The notes beneath the pieces were generated by a model, which ran no database searches, was not told the DNA's origin, and worked only from the letters and a program-made list of their open reading frames with translations. The position numbers were made by a program, and so were the translations under genes. DNA of 64,000 nt from Escherichia coli. Lineage in GTDB: Bacteria > Pseudomonadota > Gammaproteobacteria > Enterobacterales > Enterobacteriaceae. The DNA is taken from assembly GCF_044324875.1 (NCBI RefSeq), contig NZ_CP172188.1; one strand, 5' to 3'. This document shows positions 45,549-55,274 of the stretch, in pieces (position 1 is the first letter of the stretch; each line of letters begins with the position of its first letter).

Positions 45549-46975
45549 CGATTACAGAATTACTGGACAAATTTAACGCTAAGTTAAATGAAAACACATG
45601 GTGGTCACGATTTGTAAATAGTCAGTTTGTGCAGATGCACGCTATATTCGGATCACAGCTTATTTATATTGCCCGTACATTTGCAAGCCGCGGCCTCACT
45701 GAGGGACTTATTTCAACGGCTACGCGCCGCTCAAGTATTTTAGCGGTTGCTGAAGACCGTAGCTACGTAGGGCGATTTGTTAGTGCTTCATACGGAACAA
45801 CGTCTATAACCAATAAAACTGATCGGGATATTACATTACCAGCCGGGGCTGAATTGCTTGCCAATGACCAAACACCTTTGGCAATTATTAACAGTGTTGT
45901 AATTCCTGCTGGAGGAACTGTTTCTGGCGTAGAAACTAAACAGCATGAAGCTGTTAGCGTTACATTTGATATTGAGAAGGAAACTTTATTTCTGACATTG
46001 TTGCTTTCCAGAGAGTTAACAAAAGAAGTCTCTAGCCTGGATGTTTATGTTATTACAGATGGCGTAGAAGAAAAATGGACATATAACCCATTATTTAGAA
46101 TGTCCAGAGACAAGAGTAAGCACTATTCATTGGCATATAAACCTACAGAACAACTTGGAGTCAAGTTTGGTGATGGTTCTATGGGTATGATGCCTCCAGC
46201 AGGCTGTCAGGTTCGAATCGATGTTATGGCTAGCCTTGGCGACTATACTTTGGCTGAAGGACAAAAGTTAGAACCGGCTGGAAATATCGCTCAATATGTG
46301 GAGTCACTTGAGTTTAAAACTGATTCGATCATTACCGGTGGTAGTGGTATGGAAACTACAGAAGAAACTCGAAATCGTGCTCAGTATTATGTTGCATACG
46401 ATGAACAAGTGGTATGGGGCGGTGATTATCGCCAATTCATTCAGAATGTTGTTCATGGAACTTCATGGTTGAACGTTTGGGGCGAAGCGTTACAAGAGAA
46501 AATAACTGGGTTTGACGTTCGAAACATCAACAAAATTTTCTTTTGCGGACATAAGCCGGGTGTAAGCCAGGCTCAGCTAAAATCAGAAATACTGAAAGCT
46601 CTAGAGAATGTTCCAAATGAGTTGAACAAGCGGTTCGAGTATGTAGATACAAATGAACAGCCATTTACTATAAATTTTACAGGTATTGCACGTAAAAATG
46701 TTCTGATAGACGACGCTCAAAATGCTATTAAAGCAGCATTGGAAGATAATTTTGGTCGTGATTCGTCATCATTTAGTTTATTACTACAGAGTGATGATGA
46801 TTCTCAGCAATGTTATGCACAGGTAAAAGTTAAAGATATTTGGCGAGTAATAGAATCGCTGGATATGTTTCTCTCTTATGACATAACAATACAAAATATG
46901 AAAGATGCAGTTTACTTTAATGACTTCATTTATCTTGACGTGAAATCTTCCACGTTCAGCATTTCTTACCCGTAA
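45545..46975 (+). CDS. baseplate J-like protein
   Basis: 476 aa, directly after the gp25-like gene with overlapping start; order and size typical. Confidence 0.4.
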   Translation: MTITELLDKFNAKLNENTWWSRFVNSQFVQMHAIFGSQLIYIARTFASRGLTEGLISTATRRSSILAVAEDRSYVGRFVSASYGTTSITNKTDRDITLPAGAELLANDQTPLAIINSVVIPAGGTVSGVETKQHEAVSVTFDIEKETLFLTLLLSRELTKEVSSLDVYVITDGVEEKWTYNPLFRMSRDKSKHYSLAYKPTEQLGVKFGDGSMGMMPPAGCQVRIDVMASLGDYTLAEGQKLEPAGNIAQYVESLEFKTDSIITGGSGMETTEETRNRAQYYVAYDEQVVWGGDYRQFIQNVVHGTSWLNVWGEALQEKITGFDVRNINKIFFCGHKPGVSQAQLKSEILKALENVPNELNKRFEYVDTNEQPFTINFTGIARKNVLIDDAQNAIKAALEDNFGRDSSSFSLLLQSDDDSQQCYAQVKVKDIWRVIESLDMFLSYDITIQNMKDAVYFNDFIYLDVKSSTFSISYP

Positions 46976-46985
46976 TGAGGTTAGC

Positions 46986-47831
46986 ATGAAAGATAATTGG
47001 CTTAAGGAACGATTAACTAAAGTAAAGCAGGATTCACATCTCTGGAGTGCCTTTATAGACGCTTTACAGGATGTCTGGAATGAGGCAGTAGAACCAATAT
47101 TAACAAGAATAAGTAACAGAAAATCCTTCTTCACTATGGACAGTGAGGATATGGATGCCCGCATTGCTGAATACGGGCGTTTTTTCGTTATCACTGAAAA
47201 AGATAATGCCCGTAGGCCAATGCTTCTGGCGCAGCGTTTAGATGAAGTGCACTTTAAAGGTACTATCTTGCCTATTGAGCAGACATTCTGGCGTGAATTC
47301 GGTTGTATTCCTGTTAGTTGGGAACCGCTGTATGCACCTGTAAATATAGAAAAACACCCCTATGGTTCATATTTTGCGACCGAAATAGAAATACCTACGG
47401 CACAGGCTCAATTCGGTGAGTTCTTCCTGACATCAAGGGGGCTGGTCGTTGTTGATCAGAACAAGCTATATCGCTCATATGGAGAGCAGGATAAAGAAGC
47501 CGCTGTGCAGAAATTGTTATCTGACTTCGAAACAGTAATAGCCCCTTTGTTGCCATTGCATATTGTTTTTGATGGCGTCTCGTTTCGGCTTAGTGCTGTA
47601 TTCCCTGAAGTGGCAGAAATACTAAATTGCCTGTCTACGGATGTTTCGGTAATTGAAGGTGTTTATGTTACTGAGAGTATGGCTGATATGCTATCCCGTA
47701 GTGATACCTCCTGCCAGGTAAACAATATTTCTCTTAACGCCATACCGAACAGAACGGCAGAAAAGCAATTACATCTTGATGTAACCCCACTCGATGCGTG
47801 GCCTTTGGATTACCACCTTCAACCTGTTTAA
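46986..47831 (+). CDS. baseplate / tail-fibre attachment protein (tentative)
   Basis: 281 aa ORF in the baseplate operon. Confidence 0.35.
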   Translation: MKDNWLKERLTKVKQDSHLWSAFIDALQDVWNEAVEPILTRISNRKSFFTMDSEDMDARIAEYGRFFVITEKDNARRPMLLAQRLDEVHFKGTILPIEQTFWREFGCIPVSWEPLYAPVNIEKHPYGSYFATEIEIPTAQAQFGEFFLTSRGLVVVDQNKLYRSYGEQDKEAAVQKLLSDFETVIAPLLPLHIVFDGVSFRLSAVFPEVAEILNCLSTDVSVIEGVYVTESMADMLSRSDTSCQVNNISLNAIPNRTAEKQLHLDVTPLDAWPLDYHLQPV

Positions 47832-47925
47832 TAATTCTTCCCCCAAATGCGGGGGAAGAACAACGGAAATCACAAACTGAGCATACTCTCCTTTGGTTCA
47901 TTGCTTATGAAGGGGCTATGTTCGT

Positions 47926-48372
47926 ATGGCTGAAAATTTAAAGGCAAGAGATGGTAACCGCCTGTATAAGGCGCAATTGCTTTCCTACTATTATTCACGC
48001 CGCGCTGAGTCGGCGATCGGCAAAGGTGCGCGTTTTGTTATCTCTAAGGCGTATTGGTGCAAATCTAGTCTGGTAACTGCTAATGGTGCAGGAGGCTGGA
48101 ATATAGCGGACATTCCACTCGATTTTAAATTGAGTAACGCTCAACAGTTTGCTGTGTCCGATCTGATATTGTCCAGTGTGGATGGGATTATCACTATCAA
48201 TGCAGCCTTCCCTCAAGAAAGAATGCCGGATAACACGCCTTACGACTTTAACACGCTTGTGCTTGTGGATGCTGAGGAACAGGCTTTTGCTGTGCTTTGC
48301 ACCCAGCAAGACACCCTCTATAAAGGTAAACGTTACAGTATTCTCATGACAATCGAGCAAGTTGAGGGTTGA
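47926..48372 (+). CDS. hypothetical tail protein
   Basis: 148 aa; stop overlaps the tail-fibre start. Confidence 0.35.
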   Translation: MAENLKARDGNRLYKAQLLSYYYSRRAESAIGKGARFVISKAYWCKSSLVTANGAGGWNIADIPLDFKLSNAQQFAVSDLILSSVDGIITINAAFPQERMPDNTPYDFNTLVLVDAEEQAFAVLCTQQDTLYKGKRYSILMTIEQVEG

Positions 48373-51257
48373 TTATGGGTGCTGATAAAACGAACAACAT
48401 AATGACACTATCCTCTGGTGTCTCACAGCCGTTGCTTGCTGATGTTCAATATTTCGAACTCTATAGTAGTTCGGCTCTTAACAGAAAACTTAAAAATATT
48501 GTTTTGCCGGGCTTTTACTGTGGATTTGAACCGGTTCCCGGCACAGGGTTGAGTGTCCGTATAACTTCTGAAAACTCAGAAGGTAAAGGGGCTGCTTCAG
48601 TAGATGTAAATAATGTTCAGATATCCGTTCAGCAAATAGAAGATGTGACTGTCTCGGTAAAGGCAGGGGCTACCAACATTATTGTGCTGGAAGCCAATTT
48701 TGAACATGGTGTAAAAACGACACAGGTAGATAGCGCATCTTCTGTCAGTGCTGCAAGAATTTACGCGCGTACGGACAATACTATTGGGCAGAATCAAATT
48801 GAATTATGTCGAGTTATCGTGCCTAGCGGCGCAACGGCTGTGACTAAAGAAATGATTGTGCTTAAATACCGGGTTAACCGTGCTGTTGGTGTCGAATTCT
48901 CTAATGAAATAAGCAGTACAGAAGAAAGAAAAGCGGCTACACCTCTGGCTGTCAAAACTCTCCATGATTTGGTTGATACAAAAGCCCCGATCAACAGCCC
49001 GAATCTGACAGGAACGCCAACAACACCAACAGCGCCACAGGGGACTAATAATACCCAGATCGCAAGCACGGCTTTCGTTATGGCCGCGATTGCCGCACTT
49101 GTAGATTCGTCACCTGATGCACTTAACACTCTGAACGAACTGGCCGCCGCGCTTGGTAATGATCCGAACTTTTCCGCGACAGTGACTCGCCTGATTGGAG
49201 AAAAAGTTGCCAAAGATGGCGACACCATGACAGGTAAACTTAATCTGCCGCAGACCTCTGCATTCGGCATCAATACCAACAACAGACTGGGGGGGAACTC
49301 TCTGACGCTGGGCGATCACGATACCGGAATTAAACAGGAAGGAGACGGCGTATTGTCCGTGTTCGCCAACGGCCAGCGTGTGTTCCTTTTCACGGAAAGA
49401 AGTATTACCTCATTAAAAGAGCTTCTGATAGGGGATGCACGTTATAGCACCGGTGGTGATGTGTATGGCAGTCAGTGGGGAGACGGTTGGTTGAGTTCCT
49501 GGTTAAGTGCTCGCTTTGCAGAGTGTGCCAACGCCAGCCATAACCACCCTTGGAGCCAGATTACCGACGTACCAGCAGCCAGCCTCACTCAGAGCGGCAT
49601 TGTACAACTTAGTAGTGCCATCAACAGCACTTCTGAAACATTAGCTGCAACTCCAAAAGCGGTTAAAGCTGCATACGATCTAGCAGCCGGAAAGGCACCA
49701 TCCAGTCATACACACCCCTGGAATCAGATCACTGGTGTGCCAACAGCTTCATTGACAGCGAAAGGCATCACTCAGCTCAGTAGTGCTACTAACAGCACGT
49801 CTGAAGTGCTGGCCGCCACACCAAAAGCTGTCAAGGCTGCATATGACCTGGCTAACGGGAAGTATACAGCCCAGGATGCAACCACGACACAAAAAGGGAT
49901 AGTTCAGCTCAGTAGCGACACCAACAGCACTTCTGAAACATTAGCTGCAACTCCAAAAGCGGTTAAAGCTGCATACGATCTAGCAGCCGGAAAGGCACCA
50001 TCCAGTCATACACACCCCTGGAATCAGATCACTGGTGTGCCAACAGCTTCATTGACAGCGAAAGGCATCACTCAGCTCAGTAGTGCTACTAACAGCACGT
50101 CTGAAGTGCTGGCCGCTACACCGAAAGCGGTTAAAGCTGCATACGATCTAGCAGCCGGAAAGGCACCATCCAATCATATACATCCCTGGAATCAGATCAC
50201 TGGTGTGCCAACAGCTTCATTGACAGCGAAAGGCATCACTCAGCTCAGTAGTGCCACTAACAGCACGTCTGAAGTGCTGGCCGCTACACCGAAAGCGGTT
50301 AAAGCTGCATACGATCTAGCAGCCGGAAAGGCACCATCCAGTCATACACACCCCTGGAATCAGATCACTGGTGTGCCAACAGCTTCATTGACAGCGAAAG
50401 GCATCACTCAGCTCAGTAGTGCTACTAACAGCACGTCTGAAGTGCTGGCCGCTACACCGAAAGCGGTTAAAGCTGCATACGATCTAGCAGCCGGAAAGGC
50501 ACCATCCAATCATATACATCCCTGGAATCAGATCACTGGTGTGCCAACAGCTTCATTGACAGCGAAAGGCATCACTCAGCTCAGTAGTGCCACTAACAGC
50601 ACGTCTGAAGTGCTGGCCGCTACACCGAAAGCGGTTAAAGCTGCATACGATCTAGCAGCCGGAAAGGCACCATCCAATCATATACATCCCTGGAATCAGA
50701 TCACTGGTGTGCCAACAGCTTCATTGACAGCGAAAGGCATCACTCAGCTCAGTAGTGCCACTAACAGCACGTCTGAAGTGCTGGCCGCTACACCGAAAGC
50801 TGTCAAGGCTGCATACGATCTGGCAAACGGAAAACAACCGGCAGATGCCACGCTCACTGCTCTGGCAGGACTTGCCACTGCAGCAGATCGGTTGCCTTAT
50901 TTTACCGGAGCAGACCGCGCAGCGCTGACAACCCTTACAGCTATTGGTCGCGCTATTATCGCTAAGGGCAGTATAAAAGATGTCCTCAATTACCTTGGTT
51001 TAGGAGAAGGCTCGGCGCTACCCGTTGGTGTGCCTGTTCCATGGCCCACCGCCACACCGCCAGCAGGCTGGTTAAAGTGCGACGGGCGCGCCTTTACAAA
51101 AGAACAATATCCTGTTCTGGCCAGAGTCTACCCGACCCTCCGTCTTCCCGATTTACGCGGTGAGTTTATCCGTGGATGGGACGACGGGCGAAAAGTTGAT
51201 ACAGGGCGCGATTGCTTTCACGGCAAGGGGTACAAGTTTTTCTCATTACGGAGGTAA
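48369..51257 (+). CDS. tail fibre protein with variable C-terminus encoded in the invertible segment
   Basis: 962 aa; about seven tandem ~60-aa repeats containing ATPKAVKAAYDLA...H.HPW.QITGVP (classic fibre repeat); the last ~85 aa lie inside the invertible segment. Confidence 0.7.
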   Translation: MIMGADKTNNIMTLSSGVSQPLLADVQYFELYSSSALNRKLKNIVLPGFYCGFEPVPGTGLSVRITSENSEGKGAASVDVNNVQISVQQIEDVTVSVKAGATNIIVLEANFEHGVKTTQVDSASSVSAARIYARTDNTIGQNQIELCRVIVPSGATAVTKEMIVLKYRVNRAVGVEFSNEISSTEERKAATPLAVKTLHDLVDTKAPINSPNLTGTPTTPTAPQGTNNTQIASTAFVMAAIAALVDSSPDALNTLNELAAALGNDPNFSATVTRLIGEKVAKDGDTMTGKLNLPQTSAFGINTNNRLGGNSLTLGDHDTGIKQEGDGVLSVFANGQRVFLFTERSITSLKELLIGDARYSTGGDVYGSQWGDGWLSSWLSARFAECANASHNHPWSQITDVPAASLTQSGIVQLSSAINSTSETLAATPKAVKAAYDLAAGKAPSSHTHPWNQITGVPTASLTAKGITQLSSATNSTSEVLAATPKAVKAAYDLANGKYTAQDATTTQKGIVQLSSDTNSTSETLAATPKAVKAAYDLAAGKAPSSHTHPWNQITGVPTASLTAKGITQLSSATNSTSEVLAATPKAVKAAYDLAAGKAPSNHIHPWNQITGVPTASLTAKGITQLSSATNSTSEVLAATPKAVKAAYDLAAGKAPSSHTHPWNQITGVPTASLTAKGITQLSSATNSTSEVLAATPKAVKAAYDLAAGKAPSNHIHPWNQITGVPTASLTAKGITQLSSATNSTSEVLAATPKAVKAAYDLAAGKAPSNHIHPWNQITGVPTASLTAKGITQLSSATNSTSEVLAATPKAVKAAYDLANGKQPADATLTALAGLATAADRLPYFTGADRAALTTLTAIGRAIIAKGSIKDVLNYLGLGEGSALPVGVPVPWPTATPPAGWLKCDGRAFTKEQYPVLARVYPTLRLPDLRGEFIRGWDDGRKVDTGRDCFHGKGYKFFSLRR
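49540..50830 (+). repeat. tandem ~180-bp in-frame repeats in the tail-fibre gene
   Basis: Near-identical units with few substitutions (for example SSHTHPW versus SNHIHPW). Confidence 0.8.
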
Positions 51258-53036
51258 TTTCGACATTGGGTCTGGTTATTCAATCAATAACTACGACCAA
51301 TAGTTGTTTCTAACAACCAAGATTTTCCCGACCTTCATGAGGGCCTTTAACGAGGTGATGGGGTTAACATGTAACCATTCGTCCTGGTAACATTGTTTAA
51401 TTATATGGTATGCAGGCTATAAACGTTGGTTTAGGAGAAGCGGCGCTATGCGTTGGTGTGCCTGTTCAGTGGCCCCCGCCACACCGCCATTGCAGGCTTA
51501 ATTAAATTGTGAGGGCGCGTTTACAAAAGAACAATATCAGTTCTGGCCAGAAAACCCGACCCTCCGCTTCCCGATTTAGCGGTGCGATATCCGTGGATCA
51601 CTATGACGAGACGAAAGGTTGATACACGGGCGTGCCTCTTTGGAGTTTCGCCCTTGGGACTATCGTATCCGGTTTTGATGCGCCGATGCATACCGGAGAT
51701 TTCAGGTTACGTGGTCGGCTGCCACACAAACGGATGGTGACGCATTTAACCTGATCACCTGGGGGTATAAATGGCAAAAAGTGGATATTTGATGCATCCC
51801 AACCGGTGCACAAAGATATGACTGGCGGACTTACCACCAGCAAAACAGCCTGCCACAATATGGGATTTAACTATATCGTGAAGGCGGCGTATACCGTTAC
51901 TGAACGGCATAGAGCCGCAGTGGCGCTGGCCAGCTGCAACGCCAGAAACCTTGTGATATCCAGGCGTTCAGCTCGTCGATATAATCCAGCACGGCGGGCA
52001 GTTTTGCCGTTTCTTCCAGTTTCAGACTGCGACCTGCCCGCCGTTTGGGTTGATAGGTCGACGGCTTCACGCCTGGATCCACCCGGCACTGGCGTTGCAG
52101 TTGGCAAGTCTCCAGCTCTGCGGCTCTATGCCGGCTCAGTATCACGCCGCCCACGATTACCGTTCCAGGTATCCCATGGTGTGGCAGGCTGTTTTGTGGT
52201 GGTGTCCGCCGGTAATCACCCGGTTGAGGTGCATCAGAACGGGGTTCCCGTTTTCCGTTTATACCGTCTCCCGCGGTGATTAGGGTTACATGCGTCCCAA
52301 ATCCGTTCAGTGTGGCAGTCCGAAACCACGTAACCCGATATCCTCCGGTATGCATTATCATCACGAACCGGAGTACGATAGTCCCAAGGGCGAGATACTG
52401 AAAGTAGCGCACGCCCGGTATCAACCTTTCGTCCGTCATATCCACGGATAAACTCACCGCGTAAATCGGGAAGACGGATCGGTTAGACTCTGGCCAGAAC
52501 AGGATATTGTTCTTTTGTAAACGCGCCCTCACAATGTAACCAGCCTGCTACGGCGGTGTGACGGTGATACCCTTCGCATACAGGCTTCTGATAGAGGTCA
52601 GAATAGTAGCCTGCATACCATTGTCTGACATTACCACGATGTTACGAGGATCGCTGAATGTTGTCCCGTCCGGCATTTTGAAGGCCCTCACGAAGGTCTG
52701 TAATGGAATCTTCATTGTTGAATCCCATGCCGACTATCCCCGAGGTTCCCGTAGTGTCCTGGTTATAATAATCCAGCATTGCTGTTCTTAACAGCGTTGC
52801 CCCTTGTGCGGACAGCAACTTACGTCCTGTATCAACTTTGCGCCCGTCGTCCCATCCACGGATAAACTCACCGCGTAAATCGGGAAGACGGAGGGTCGGG
52901 TAGGCTCTGGCCAGAACAGGATATTGTTCTTTTGTAAAGGCGCGCCCGTCGCACTTTAACCAGCCTGCTGGCGGTGTGGCGGTGGGCCACGGAACAGGCA
53001 CACCAACGGGTAGCGCCGAGCCTTCTCCTAAACCAA
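50995..53036. other. invertible tail-fibre segment (Cin/Gin-type) with ~210-bp inverted repeats plus two degenerate internal repeat copies
   Basis: IR-L 50995-51205 and IR-R 52826-53036 are near-identical inverted copies beginning with TTGGTTTAGGAGAAGG; degenerate copies at ~51425-51640 (direct) and ~52440-52570 (inverted, partial); invertase gene starts 67 bp beyond IR-R. Confidence 0.6.
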
Positions 53037-53102
53037 CGTTTATCTCTCAAATCCTCCCCACATTATCTCAGTACTTTAACCACTCAAAAGGGAGTATTTT
53101 TA

Positions 53103-53675
53103 ATGCTGATTGGCTACATACGTGTGTCAACAAATGACCAAAACACAGATTTGCAACGCAATGCATTAATGTGCGCAGGATGTGAACAGATTTTTGAGGA
53201 CAAAATGAGCGGAACCAAGTCGGAACGACCAGGCCTGAAACGCGCTTTAAAGTGCCTTAAAAGAGGGGATACATTGGTGGTCTGGAAGCTGGATCGGTTG
53301 GGTAGAAGAATGAAACACCTCATTGCTCTCACAGAAGAGCTACGCGCAAAAGGTGTCAATTTTCGCAGTCTGACGGATTCAATCGATACCAGCACTCCGA
53401 TGGGAAGGTTCTTTTTTCATATGATGGGTGCACTGGCAGAAATGGAGCGTGAACTGATAGTTGAGCGCACGCTGGCAGGACTGGCTGCTGCGCGATCACA
53501 AGGAAGAGTTGGAGGACGTCGCCCGAAACTGACGAAGGAGCAGCATGAGCAGATCGCAAGATTGCTCCAGAAAGGGTATGACAGAAAGCGGCTGGCAATT
53601 ATCTATGATATTGGACTGTCAACGATCTACCGCTATCACCCTGTTGGGACTGTCATAACGCAACCTGAAATGTAA
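53103..53675 (+). CDS. serine DNA invertase (Hin/Gin/Cin/Pin family)
   Basis: MLIGYIRVSTNDQNTDLQ..., RPGLKRAL, LVVWKLDRLGR, C-terminal HTH; 190 aa. Confidence 0.85.
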   Translation: MLIGYIRVSTNDQNTDLQRNALMCAGCEQIFEDKMSGTKSERPGLKRALKCLKRGDTLVVWKLDRLGRRMKHLIALTEELRAKGVNFRSLTDSIDTSTPMGRFFFHMMGALAEMERELIVERTLAGLAAARSQGRVGGRRPKLTKEQHEQIARLLQKGYDRKRLAIIYDIGLSTIYRYHPVGTVITQPEM

Positions 53676-53891
53676 TTCTTTTTCAAATAATGAAACGCCG
53701 CGTGGATGCCATTTATCGCACAAGATAGAGTGCATTTATCGCGCGGCGCATCATCATTTGTTGATATGCGAATGTATCCAATAAGCATATGTCTCCCTTG
53801 TATGCTAAGGATACGATCCTAGAAGATGTCCTGTAAGGAAATAACAAACTGACTAAGTTAGTGGCGCATTAGATGTTATTTCTGGAGGGGT

Positions 53892-54218
53892 ATGTTTGCA
53901 GATTATGAAAATCTGGCTGTAGTAGTCATAACATCCCTACTAAGTGGAACCGGCGTATTCCTTCTCGGAGTTAGAGACGGGCGCATTTCTGCGTCCCTGC
54001 TCAATCTTGCGAGTGAATTGTTTACTGCGGTAACAGCCGGGCTTGCGGGGTATGGGGTGGCGGTTAGCCAAGAATGGCCTGAAGGTATCATTTTCTGCGT
54101 TGTTCTGATTGCCAGTAACAACGGTAGTGAAATTTTACAGGGCTTGAAGTCCAGAGCTAGTAACGTCTTGAATCTCTTAAGCGTAATAGCGAATGGGGGA
54201 AAAGGTGGAGAGAAATAA
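53892..54218 (+). CDS. holin-like small membrane protein (LydA-position)
   Basis: 108 aa with ~3 hydrophobic segments; first gene after the invertase, as in the P1 lydA position. Confidence 0.4.
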   Translation: MFADYENLAVVVITSLLSGTGVFLLGVRDGRISASLLNLASELFTAVTAGLAGYGVAVSQEWPEGIIFCVVLIASNNGSEILQGLKSRASNVLNLLSVIANGGKGGEK

Positions 54219-54664
54219 TGGGTAACTTTGGAAATTATTTCATTTTTATCATGGCATTTGTTGCCATCATTGACCGTTTCATTTTTCGTCGCAAGAGTGT
54301 TGAGATTTTGAGTATTGGTGACGCTGTAGTGAAAGAATCCGCTATAGCATTTCCTGTTTCGCTACGTGTTAAGCGAAGCTGGGTCAGCAATGCTCAAATC
54401 GAATATTGGTTGCAAGACCTGAAAAATCCATCTGTGGTTATTTCAGGGAAAACGCGACCAGTTGACGCCTCAAAACGCGGTGAGAGAGAAGAGTATTTGC
54501 TCATCGATACGAAATATCTTGAGCCAACGAAGTGGGATCTGAAAGTCACATTGACTAACGGTAACTGCCGACTGAATCCGCTTTATCGCATTTTCCCTAT
54601 CAATGACTGCATAGAGCGCCAGTTTACGATCGAAAAGCGTAAAGGAGACTGGGATGTCAAATAA
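54218..54664 (+). CDS. membrane-anchored protein (antiholin / LydB-position, tentative)
   Basis: 148 aa; N-terminal hydrophobic segment NYFIFIMAFVAIIDRFIF; ATGA coupling. Confidence 0.35.
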   Translation: MGNFGNYFIFIMAFVAIIDRFIFRRKSVEILSIGDAVVKESAIAFPVSLRVKRSWVSNAQIEYWLQDLKNPSVVISGKTRPVDASKRGEREEYLLIDTKYLEPTKWDLKVTLTNGNCRLNPLYRIFPINDCIERQFTIEKRKGDWDVK

Positions 54665-55274
54665 GAATAATTATGTTCTTCTTAATTATGATGAGTTAAA
54701 CGAAAAGGGGCTGGCAAAACTCGTCAAAGAAATCAGCAAAGGTGGTTACAAGATAGCGAGGGTGATCCCTGCAAGTAATGGCAGGAAGAAAGATGGGATC
54801 ATGACGCGCACGTTTACCCTTATTGGTATTGATGAACAGACAATGGAAGTTCAGGTTAACGATACCGGTGATATATCTGGGATCAAACTGAATGGTAAAA
54901 CAGTACCGTTCAAGCCAGTAAAAACAATGTCGGCTTTGGGGCAATCTCTTGCGGCTTTATTTAATCGCGGAGCAACTTCTTTCCAGAAGTCATTAGCTCG
55001 AAAACTTGCTCGTGCAGCAAAAAATATTGATGACGGAAATAAGAAGCGGCAGGGAGTTAAATCTAACGCTCAGAAATTAGCTGAAGCGAAAGAATCACGT
55101 GATGCACTCCGTGAAGATATCGCTAATGCTAACGACAAACTGTCTAAACTCCAGAGCAAGTCAGACAAAGTAATACAAGATACGGGTAACGTTAAAGCTG
55201 CCTTGTCTCAGGAAGTAGCTAAGACACGTGCTCTTAAAGAAGAAATCGCGCGCCTGGAGGATGAGCATGATTAA
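54654..55274 (+). CDS. hypothetical protein (Hdf-position, tentative)
   Basis: 206 aa; coiled-coil C-terminus; assignment by synteny with the P1 darA operon as I recall it. Confidence 0.3.
   Translation: MSNKNNYVLLNYDELNEKGLAKLVKEISKGGYKIARVIPASNGRKKDGIMTRTFTLIGIDEQTMEVQVNDTGDISGIKLNGKTVPFKPVKTMSALGQSLAALFNRGATSFQKSLARKLARAAKNIDDGNKKRQGVKSNAQKLAEAKESRDALREDIANANDKLSKLQSKSDKVIQDTGNVKAALSQEVAKTRALKEEIARLEDEHD

Noticed and set aside
49540-50830. Possible CRISPR array suggested by regularly spaced repeats
   Set aside because: Units are ~180 bp, directly tandem with no unique spacers, and in-frame within the tail-fibre gene.
51806-52532. ORFs inside the invertible segment (51806-52279 plus, 51897-52532 minus)
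   Set aside because: They overlap each other on opposite strands and lie within diverged, frameshifted fibre-tip-like sequence; more likely decayed remnants than genes.
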